Shown: piece by piece, positions 16,727-23,898 of the stretch
Numbering within the stretch: the first letter of the stretch is position 1
Layout: every line of letters begins with the position of its first letter
IMG/VR virus record: IMGVR_UViG_3300046778_000102
Span: 1-30,276 of that record
Source: a virus
Lineage: Duplodnaviria > Caudoviricetes
DNA: 30,276 nt
Direction: 5' to 3' (one strand)
Made by a program: the position numbers and the translations under genes
The notes under the pieces: generated by a model
Told to the model about the DNA's origin: nothing
What the model saw: the letters and a program-made list of their open reading frames with translations, nothing else
Database searches by the model: none

Positions 16727-17116
16727 TTACTTTTCAAGTATTGAACGTCCAACTTGGTGAAGTATCTCAATACCAGCAGGAAGCTGGTTGCTGCGGACGG
16801 TGGAACGAATACCAGCAAGATAATAATATTGAGCTACATGTGCTGCTTTAGTTCCGTTCTTAACCTTGTTGAGTTCGAGCAGTGATTTGAAGAACATCTT
16901 AATCTCTTCAGAGCTTAACTCCCTGACACGCTGTGTGGGTAGGTCAGGTGAACCTGTGATTACCTGTCTCACATCCCATGTGTGATGTTGACTACTTTCA
17001 GGCAACCTGTCTCCTGGGGACATGTTCATTATTGATTTGATAGCTAAGTCCAAGCTCTCAGCTTCTACGTAACGGAATCCTGTCTGTGTGTATGATACTT
17101 TGATGTGATGTTTCAT
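16727..17116 (-). CDS. Hypothetical early protein
   Basis: Start re-set to MKHHIKV at 17116, 1 nt after the upstream stop, preceded by AGAACTAAC. Confidence 0.65.
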   Translation of the reverse strand: MKHHIKVSYTQTGFRYVEAESLDLAIKSIMNMSPGDRLPESSQHHTWDVRQVITGSPDLPTQRVRELSSEEIKMFFKSLLELNKVKNGTKAAHVAQYYYLAGIRSTVRSNQLPAGIEILHQVGRSILEK

Positions 17117-17117
17117 G

Positions 17118-17306
17118 TTAGTTCTTTTGTTCTGTGTTTGTCCAATGTACTGCAAGTTTCAATCCTGCATTTTTAGTTACCACGAATGCCGTAGTGTAGA
17201 ACTTATCCAGGATTATGAGGTCAAGTTCCTTGGCTACCTGTTCCAAGCTATCACCTGTTAGAGTGAATACAACCTCTGTTGTATTGACGAATGTGAATTT
17301 TAGCAC
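17118..17306 (-). CDS. Small hypothetical early protein
   Basis: 62 aa; GTG start overlaps the pentapeptide gene stop; fills the gap exactly. Confidence 0.55.
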   Translation of the reverse strand: MLKFTFVNTTEVVFTLTGDSLEQVAKELDLIILDKFYTTAFVVTKNAGLKLAVHWTNTEQKN

Positions 17307-18049
17307 AACTCACCCCATTTCTTAATCAATTCAATTGAGTCAAGATACATGGGACATTTGTGAGTATTTTCAATTTTAGTCTTCAACTCCTCCAATGTTC
17401 CCCAGAAACATCCAGATTGAATCAGGATACACGTCTCATGTTTTACTGCGTAGATAATTCGTCCAGAAGTAAGCATTGGGCCAATTTGTATAATTCCTTT
17501 TGCTCCTGATAGGTATGCTCCTGATAGGTCTGCTCCTGACAGGTTTGCTTTTGATAGGTCTGCTCCTGATAGGTCTGCTCCTGATAGGTTTGCTTTTGAT
17601 AAGTCTGCTCCTGACAGGTTTGCTTTTGATAGGTCTGCTCCTATCAGGTATGCTTTTGATAGGTCTGCTCCTGACAGGTTTGCTTTTGATAGGTCTGCTT
17701 CTGACAGGTTTGTTCCTATCAGGTATGCTTTTGATAGGTATGCTCCTGATAGGTCTGCTCCTGATAGGTTTGCTCCTGATAGGTCTGCTCCTGATAGGTT
17801 TGCTTTTGATAGGTCTGCTCCTGACAGGTTTGCTTTTGATAGGTCTGCTCCTGATAGGTTTGCTTTTGATAGGTCTGCTCCTGACAGGTTTGCTCCTATC
17901 AGGTTTGCTTTTGATAGGTCTGCTCCTGACAGGTTTGCTCCTGATAGGTCTGCTCCTATCAGGTTTGCTTTTGATAGGTCTGCTCCTGACAGTGTATTTT
18001 CTTCAACAGTTTTGATTACTTCTCCAATTAAGTTCTTAATTTCTATCAT
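17300..18049 (-). CDS. Pentapeptide-repeat protein with a C-terminal GCFWGT domain
   Basis: About 33 A(D/N/Y)L(S/I)(G/K) units; C-terminal ...[13 protein letters not shown]. Confidence 0.92.
   Translation of the reverse strand: MIEIKNLIGEVIKTVEENTLSGADLSKANLIGADLSGANLSGADLSKANLIGANLSGADLSKANLSGADLSKANLSGADLSKANLSGADLSGANLSGADLSGAYLSKAYLIGTNLSEADLSKANLSGADLSKAYLIGADLSKANLSGADLSKANLSGADLSGADLSKANLSGADLSGAYLSGAKGIIQIGPMLTSGRIIYAVKHETCILIQSGCFWGTLEELKTKIENTHKCPMYLDSIELIKKWGELC
17501..17998. repeat. 15-bp tandem repeat encoding the pentapeptides
   Basis: + strand units tgctcctgataggtc / tgcttttgataggtc / tgctcctgacaggtt. Confidence 0.95.
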
Positions 18050-18169
18050 ATTAACCTTTCACTTGGTTGCAATCGTAGCGTTCATGTCGGCGGTATCTGA
18101 TCCAGAGTTATTTCGATTGTGATTTTCTTGCTCATAAATTGATGTCTAACCATGCGCCGTCTCTGAGCT

Positions 18170-18382
18170 TTATTCGATGGTTGCATATTCAGGAAGCTGC
18201 ATATTTACTACCCACATACGGATGATGTGATCAAGGTCAATATCTGTGGTGTCAATATCTCCCACACCGAACAACTCCCTGTTCTCATAGAATGCAAAAT
18301 GCCATCCTACAACAATGTTTGATCCTTGTTCCTCTATCCTTGGTGTTACATGGACAGTTCGGAATGTTGCAATTTTGCTCAT
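18170..18382 (-). CDS. Small hypothetical early protein
   Basis: Start re-set to MSKIATF, 4 nt after the upstream stop. Confidence 0.6.
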   Translation of the reverse strand: MSKIATFRTVHVTPRIEEQGSNIVVGWHFAFYENRELFGVGDIDTTDIDLDHIIRMWVVNMQLPEYATIE

Positions 18383-18386
18383 GTGA

Positions 18387-18647
18387 TTATTTAGTTGTGC
18401 CGTGCATGGCTGCACCAGCTGTTAACACTCTCACATACGGTGGGGTCATGTAAGTAGCATCTCCTACGCTGTGGGAGTCAGAGACAGTTCGGCCCACGCG
18501 TAGTGAACCTCTATTTCCCACAAACATGCAAGCTGCATTTGTTGGGTGAGTGAACTTCCGTTTGTTGCCTCGGTAGGATTTATCTTCTGTGTAGCCCAGG
18601 ACTATTAATCCTGCCACCAGTCTTGACTCTAGTGTTAGTTTTTTCAT
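18387..18647 (-). CDS. Small basic hypothetical early protein
   Basis: 86 aa; ATG preceded by AGAACTAACAA. Confidence 0.65.
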   Translation of the reverse strand: MKKLTLESRLVAGLIVLGYTEDKSYRGNKRKFTHPTNAACMFVGNRGSLRVGRTVSDSHSVGDATYMTPPYVRVLTAGAAMHGTTK

Positions 18648-18681
18648 TTGTTAGTTCTTTCGTTCTTGTAACCTTTATTAG

Positions 18682-18729
18682 TTACTTTCGAAACTCATTC
18701 TATAATAGAGATATAAATTTCGAAAGTAA
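18682..18729. promoter_or_regulatory. 12-bp inverted repeat, each arm containing the palindrome TTTCGAAA
   Basis: TTACTTTCGAAA-24 nt-TTTCGAAAGTAA, intergenic. Confidence 0.5.
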
Positions 18730-18739
18730 TCAATAATAT

Positions 18740-18767
18740 ACCTCCCTGACCGGATGGTCAGGGAGGT
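18740..18767 (-). terminator. Hairpin after paralogue 1
   Basis: ACCTCCCTGACC-GGAT-GGTCAGGGAGGT, followed on the - strand by ATATTATT. Confidence 0.75.
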
Positions 18768-18778
18768 AACAAGTCGGA

Positions 18779-19294
18779 TTACTTCAGGACAGCCATGATG
18801 GATGTGACCTGCGTGGGAGTCAATTGTGCCACGTTTGCCGGCACAGTGAACCACGTAGCAACCTTGGCGGCAGTCATCACTGCGAAACCGCCACTTGCTT
18901 TGTAACCGAACGAACCCTTCGCATGAACGAGTTCACCTTTCTCGTCCGTTTTCTTTTCGAGGAACTGCTTCCGAGCCTGGATTTTCTTGATTTCCATGGT
19001 GTCGAAGCCCGGCTCGGTAGTATCCACCAAGTCATTCTTGACCAGCGTGTTGAGGATGTCACGCGTAGTGTGCCGGAACTCGGTGTCCGAACCTTCTTCC
19101 TTCTCGGCCAACATCGTGTCAATGATCATAAAGCGTTCGTCCTTCTTGCTGGACTTCTCTTTTTTCTTGTCCTTGAGTTGCTTCTGCAACGAGACCAATT
19201 GTTCAGGTGTCAGTTTCCCGAGATCAATTCCCCCTGCCACGTGAGCAGAAGATTCTTGAACGGGAGCGGATGATGTTTTTGTCGGTTTTGCCAT
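18779..19294 (-). CDS. Basic early protein, paralogue 1 (function unknown)
   Basis: LTPEQLV.L...LK..KK.KSS, TT.DIL..L, E.KK.Q.RKQ.L.KK and GYKAS shared with 20630-21061. Confidence 0.8.
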   Translation of the reverse strand: MAKPTKTSSAPVQESSAHVAGGIDLGKLTPEQLVSLQKQLKDKKKEKSSKKDERFMIIDTMLAEKEEGSDTEFRHTTRDILNTLVKNDLVDTTEPGFDTMEIKKIQARKQFLEKKTDEKGELVHAKGSFGYKASGGFAVMTAAKVATWFTVPANVAQLTPTQVTSIMAVLK

Positions 19295-19334
19295 ATATGT
19301 TCTTATGTTAACTGTTTTCTACTTTGACTATAGA

Positions 19335-19400
19335 ACCGTGCTTCATTGCTACCAGTTCCGTCAACGTGTGTATCATCGCCTTTTTATTACAGGGCGTCAA
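19335..19400 (-). promoter_or_regulatory. Tandem early promoter candidates
   Basis: TTGACG(19400-19395)-17-GATGAT, and TTGACG(19364-19359)-18-CACGGT. An IHF-like TAAGTGCTTGGTT lies at 19432-19444. Confidence 0.5.
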
Positions 19401-19521
19401 GCGAAATCGTAAAATTTTCTGAAAATAGTTGTAAGTGCTTGGTTTGCAGGTAAATATAGTTTAGACGGAATGTTCCAATTCTCGTGATGATTGGAATGTT
19501 CTGGGTGATCCAGGAGTTTGT

Positions 19522-19570
19522 TGGTTCGTGGCTGGAGGGTCTTGGCTCATGAATCGTGGATATTGGGGTT
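19522..19570. repeat. Degenerate 7-nt tandem array 1
   Basis: tggttcg tggctgg agggtct tggctca tgaatcg tggatat tggggtt. Confidence 0.6.
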
Positions 19571-19813
19571 GAGACAGGGTTGCTTGAAAACAATTTGTCC
19601 TTTAATAAAAAGACTTTCTAAATGTATATGTTAAATGCTGAAAAATATGCTTATGAGATTACATTTTGAACAGATTGAAGTGTATGCCTCCCTGTTAAAA
19701 GCTAGGTTAAGAAGTAGATTTTTGGTTTTGTTCATAGGGTTGTTACCAAACACCTAACAACCATAGGACGAAACGAGGTTCATGTGTGTTTTACTAGGTG
19801 GTTGGTGATATGG

Positions 19814-19848
19814 TGGAAAGTGGCACTTGGAACATGGTTCATGGGTGC
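19814..19848. repeat. Degenerate 7-nt tandem array 2
   Basis: tggaaag tggcact tggaaca tggttca tgggtgc; 19825-19844 is a 19/20 inverted match to 21489-21508. Confidence 0.65.
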
Positions 19849-20579
19849 GCAGCAAACAGGTTGATTTGCTAAGGTTTGCGTGGTTTAGGGTATGCTGGCT
19901 AGGTGGTTGATGAGTGTTGGTTGAAATGACTATGTTTAAAGGGTTTAGTCCACTTTTCCGTGGCTTGTTAGGGTTTTTATCAGATTTAAAAAATTTTTTC
20001 AAAATCTCTAAAAAAACGGTGGAATATCCGGATTTTTTGTGATGAAACCCCTTCGATCCCTTTATATCCTTTTAAGGAAAACTACACCCATTTGTCCAAA
20101 AAGCTGTGGAATCGTGAACCCTATGATTTGTGGGTGATTTTTTATAAACTCTAGCAGTTGCAAGGTGTTGGACTGCGCCACTTCTCACCCACAAAATCAG
20201 TGAAAAATCGTGAATTGTCTAGTTAAGTGAGGATTTTAATTCTGGTTCACGAGTGCATGAGTAAATTCATAAATAATGAAACCCTATATTTACTATGTGG
20301 TTTATTTACATGGTCGTTTTTCGTGTTTTGAATACTCAGCCCGTGCAAATCACCGAAAAATAGGGTCGAAAGTGTAAATCAATGAATGATTCGTAGGGAA
20401 TGCGCGGGGTGCTATCTCCCTGCCCATGCTCCATGTGCCCAAAATCCATTGAACCATAGGCTCGTCGCCCAAAACACCCCGCAATCGCGCAAGGATGAGC
20501 CAAGGCACGTGTTTCCTGGTCGTCCTAGGTGTGGGTATAGGCAACTAGGTTAGACGCACCTTGGACGCATCTGGGCACG

Positions 20580-20611
20580 AAAAATCCCGTATGATGTAAC
20601 TCATACGGGAT
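20580..20611 (-). terminator. Rho-independent terminator after paralogue 2
   Basis: ATCCCGTATGA-6 nt-TCATACGGGAT with a T-run on the - strand. Confidence 0.8.
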
Positions 20612-20629
20612 GAGCGAGTTCCGCGTTGA

Positions 20630-21061
20630 TTATACCTTAGTCACGGTGTAACCCTGTGCAATCAAGAAACTTGTAGCTTTCTCAACCGTCATACCAAACC
20701 CGTGTTCACTGGCCTTGTAGCCATAGATCAGCTTGTTGGCTTCATCTTTCTTAACCAATTGTTGCTTACGGGTTTGCACTTTCTTGAGTTCAACTTCCCG
20801 TTCGTTGCCGTCCCAAACCTTAGCTATTTGTAAGGCTTGCAGGATGTCGGCTGTGGTGTTCTTGAACGTGCCATCCAACTCCTTCTCTTGCAGACACTTA
20901 TCTACGGTGAATACCCAAGTGCCACGATTGCTAGACTTTGCTTTCTTTTGTGTCTTGAGTTCAGTTTTCAACGCAACCAGTTGCTCTGGTGTGAGTTGTG
21001 CAAGGGTGATGGTGGATGTGGTAGCAGAAGCTACGGTTTGTGTTGCTTGTTTGTTTTTCAT
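20630..21061 (-). CDS. Basic early protein, paralogue 2 (function unknown)
   Basis: Colinear similarity to 18779-19294; has its own promoter candidate and terminator. Confidence 0.8.
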   Translation of the reverse strand: MKNKQATQTVASATTSTITLAQLTPEQLVALKTELKTQKKAKSSNRGTWVFTVDKCLQEKELDGTFKNTTADILQALQIAKVWDGNEREVELKKVQTRKQQLVKKDEANKLIYGYKASEHGFGMTVEKATSFLIAQGYTVTKV

Positions 21062-21119
21062 AGTTCTAGTGTTCTATGGTGTAGAAGGTAGGTTCATCCA
21101 TACCCTCGTCCATACATGT

Positions 21120-21148
21120 AGGTTTGCACGACGCACGGAATCCGTCAA
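21120..21148 (-). promoter_or_regulatory. Early promoter candidate for paralogue 2
   Basis: TTGACG-17-AAACCT with TGn extension. Palindrome ACGGA-A-TCCGT (21135-21145) overlaps the -35. GTTGACGGA is shared with 19357-19365. Confidence 0.5.
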
Positions 21149-21596
21149 CACATATTCTCGTGACTGCACGTAACTCGTAGCAGTTACTACCGAATATAGT
21201 TGCAAATTTTCTTGGTTCATGTGCCGTGGTGCGCTGATGTTAGACACGTCTAACATTGCTTGATGCACCGTTGATTCATTGACTCAACGAGCATTGCTTG
21301 GTGGAGCAAGCAATGTGAGACTAGGTACTAAGGTTTAGGCACGACGATATGTGATAGGTGAACCAATGAATCCTAGGCTGAGTAAAGAATTCTTTATGGA
21401 CGAGGGTGGGGTGGATGGGGAACGTGGAACTCGACGCGTGAAAGATAGGGAGGTTGCCCCACCGTGCATGAGCATTTCGCCCAGTCAACCACGAACCATG
21501 TTCCAAGTATCCTCGCTTCATATTTAGTGAATCCTTAAAAATTAGAAACAGTTTCCAGAAACACATATCGAATCTACGATTCACGCTAAATAATGC

Positions 21597-21625
21597 TTGA
21601 CAAGTCAGACCTTTCACATGATTCT
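21597..21625 (+). promoter_or_regulatory. Promoter candidate for the packaging/structural operon
   Basis: TTGACA-17-GATTCT, 12 nt upstream of the terS ATG. Confidence 0.55.
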
Positions 21626-21637
21626 TAGAAGCGTAGT

Positions 21638-22051
21638 ATGCCTTCTGAAACTAAAGATATTCGCGGTGCATTAACTCCTGCTGAAGTGAGGAGTAAGATT
21701 AATGAACTTTGCCTCAAAAGGAACTATAATCCATTTGAGGAGTTAATCAGACTGGCAACAGAAACCGTTAACACTGAAGTTAACGGTAAAATGGTTAAAC
21801 TTCCAGTTTGCGATGTTGACCAGAAGATTTTAATCGCTAAAGAAATAGCCTCATTCCTTGCTCCTAAGCTGAAATCCATTGAGGTTGATGCTCATATTGA
21901 TGGAGATTTCACATTTAAGGTCAAACATTTCGATGAATTAGGTAGAGAAGTGAAGCCAGCTGTTATTGAGATGCCGAGAATTCCGGGGGAGCTTATTAAC
22001 CCTGTTAATCAGGCACTTCGAGAAGAACTGGAAGAGGAGAAAAACTCTTAA
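21638..22051 (+). CDS. terS: Terminase small subunit (putative)
   Basis: Directly upstream of terL; NPFEEL...AKEIASFLAPKLKSIEV helical pattern. Confidence 0.65.
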   Translation: MPSETKDIRGALTPAEVRSKINELCLKRNYNPFEELIRLATETVNTEVNGKMVKLPVCDVDQKILIAKEIASFLAPKLKSIEVDAHIDGDFTFKVKHFDELGREVKPAVIEMPRIPGELINPVNQALREELEEEKNS

Positions 22052-22063
22052 CAAAGCAATCAA

Positions 22064-23371
22064 ATGCCTGAAATCTCCATACCTTACGATTTTGAACCTC
22101 GGTGGTATCAACGACCGCTGTGGAGTTACTTCCAGAAAGGTGGCTTTAAAAAGAAAAGGGGTGTAATGGTAATGCACCGTCGAGGTGGAAAGGATTTAAA
22201 TGCTATAAATCTCATTGCAACCTCGACAATGGAAGAACCTGGGTTGTATTGGCATTTATTTCCGACGTATGCACAAGGGAAGAAAATTGCGTGGGATGGA
22301 AAAACGAAGACGGGGCGTTCATTTCTCTCTGCTTTCCCTGAACAGCTAGTAGCAGGTAAGAATAATACGGAAATGAAGATAACATTGAAGAATAATTCAA
22401 TTTATCAAGTGGTTGGTGCAGATAAACCGGATTCTCTCGTAGGACCGAATCCGAAAGGTATCGTTTTCTCGGAATGGAGTATCATGAATCCCAAAATCTG
22501 GGAGTTTTTGCAGCCGATTCTGGCGGAAAATGATGGATGGGCATTATTCATCTACACTCCACGTGGAAGAAACCACGGATGGAAGATGTTGCAGATGGCA
22601 ATGAATAATCCTAGGTGGTATGCTGCTGTAATGGGAAATGATTACACGAAAGTCTTGGATGAATCCGCAATCCAAGAAATGCGTGACTCAGGTATGTCTG
22701 AGGAAATGATTCAGCAGGAAGTTTTCTGTTCTTTTGATGCACCGCTCCAAGGTTCATATTATGGAAAACTGATGGAGAAAGCAGAAAAGGAAGGACGCAT
22801 TACCAATGTTCCGTATGAATCACGTCTCCCAGTCCATACTGCATGGGACTTGGGTGTTGGTGACACTTGTAATATTTGGTTCTATCAGGTTTATGGTTTT
22901 GAGATTCGTGTAATAGATCACTACGAGAACAATGGTGAAGGTTTTGCGCACTATGCAAAAGTGCTGAGAGAACGTAACTATGTCTATGGAAGACATTACG
23001 CTCCTCATGATATTGATGTTCGAGAAATCTCAACAGCGAAAACTCGGTGGCAGACTGCAAAAGATCTTGGAATTAAGTTTGAGATCGGAAAACAATTACC
23101 TATTGACGAGGGTATCGAAGCAGTTCGAGCTTTGTTACCTCGTTGCTATTTTGATAAAGCCAAATGTGAGAACGGGTTAGAGGCATTAAAGATGTATCAT
23201 AAAGAGTATGATGAAGACAAGATGCTCTTTAAAGATAAACCATGTCATGATTGGGCTTCTCATTGTGCAGACGCTTTCCGTGAATTATCATTGTCTGTGA
23301 AGGATAGGGTTAAGCACCAGAAGAAACCGCAGGAAAAAGCTCTATCTGAGTATGATTTACTAAAAGCATGA
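22064..23371 (+). CDS. terL: Terminase large subunit
   Basis: PRWYQ adenine-binding motif, Walker A HRRGGKD, Walker B IVFSE, motif C YTPRG.N, nuclease AWDLG..D, PHD, HDWASHCADAFR. Confidence 0.96.
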   Translation: MPEISIPYDFEPRWYQRPLWSYFQKGGFKKKRGVMVMHRRGGKDLNAINLIATSTMEEPGLYWHLFPTYAQGKKIAWDGKTKTGRSFLSAFPEQLVAGKNNTEMKITLKNNSIYQVVGADKPDSLVGPNPKGIVFSEWSIMNPKIWEFLQPILAENDGWALFIYTPRGRNHGWKMLQMAMNNPRWYAAVMGNDYTKVLDESAIQEMRDSGMSEEMIQQEVFCSFDAPLQGSYYGKLMEKAEKEGRITNVPYESRLPVHTAWDLGVGDTCNIWFYQVYGFEIRVIDHYENNGEGFAHYAKVLRERNYVYGRHYAPHDIDVREISTAKTRWQTAKDLGIKFEIGKQLPIDEGIEAVRALLPRCYFDKAKCENGLEALKMYHKEYDEDKMLFKDKPCHDWASHCADAFRELSLSVKDRVKHQKKPQEKALSEYDLLKA

Positions 23372-23667
23372 GTACCTGGAACAAAGCATTAGAGTTGTAT
23401 GCAAAGAAAGGTGAAGGAAATTTTGAAAAAGATTTACTCTTCTATGCAAGAGAGCATTACCTTTTTATGTCTCCAGACTGTATTATTATGGCACGTCTGG
23501 AAGAGTCTCATTGGTTTGTGTATCTTGCTGTTGGTCATAATCACATTAGTTATTTTCTTCATATTATGCCTGTTTTCAGACCATTGGTTGCATGGTGTCG
23601 TGGATTACGTTCTGACAAAGTGAAATTTTACCAAACTGAACGTCTACTTAAATTGTTTAAATTATGA
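23368..23667 (+). CDS. Hypothetical protein between terL and portal
   Basis: ATGA-coupled on both sides. Confidence 0.7.
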   Translation: MSTWNKALELYAKKGEGNFEKDLLFYAREHYLFMSPDCIIMARLEESHWFVYLAVGHNHISYFLHIMPVFRPLVAWCRGLRSDKVKFYQTERLLKLFKL

Positions 23668-23897
23668 AAGAAACTCTCAATACAAACATCTTGGCTGTAA
23701 CTCGTTGTTATTTTGGTGGCGGTGGGCCGAAATCTCCTCCTCCTCCTCCTCGTCCACCAGAACGTGGTGATGCGGCAAAACTAGTTAGAGAACGAAACCA
23801 GTCAGTTTCCCGTCAAGGTCGTTCTTCCACGATTCTTGGTGGAGCTTCGCCTAACATCAGTTACGAAGGACAAAAGAAAACACTCTTAGGTTCATAA
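23664..23897 (+). CDS. Small pre-portal virion protein
   Basis: FGGGG-polyPro...RQGRSSTIL...KKTLLG, the pattern of small genes preceding T7/BPP-1-type portals. Confidence 0.7.
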   Translation: MKETLNTNILAVTRCYFGGGGPKSPPPPPRPPERGDAAKLVRERNQSVSRQGRSSTILGGASPNISYEGQKKTLLGS

Positions 23898-23898
23898 T

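Noticed and set aside
17501-17998. Possible CRISPR array
   Set aside because: Contiguous 15-bp units without unique spacers, in frame within a CDS; no cas genes.
17500-18015. 171-aa Leu-rich + strand ORF (LLIGL repeats)
   Set aside because: Antisense shadow of the pentapeptide repeat; no start context and opposite to the operon.
18051-18153. Tiny - strand ORF (MSKKITIEITLDQIPPT)
   Set aside because: Too short to support; may be a deletion remnant.
19387-20544. ORFs 19387-19593, 19754-20002 and 20350-20544
   Set aside because: P/H/S-rich translations arising from skewed heptamer DNA, weak starts; treated as non-coding.
21074-21617. ORFs 21074-21268 and 21321-21617
   Set aside because: They overlap promoter candidates and hairpins and have no recognisable protein features.
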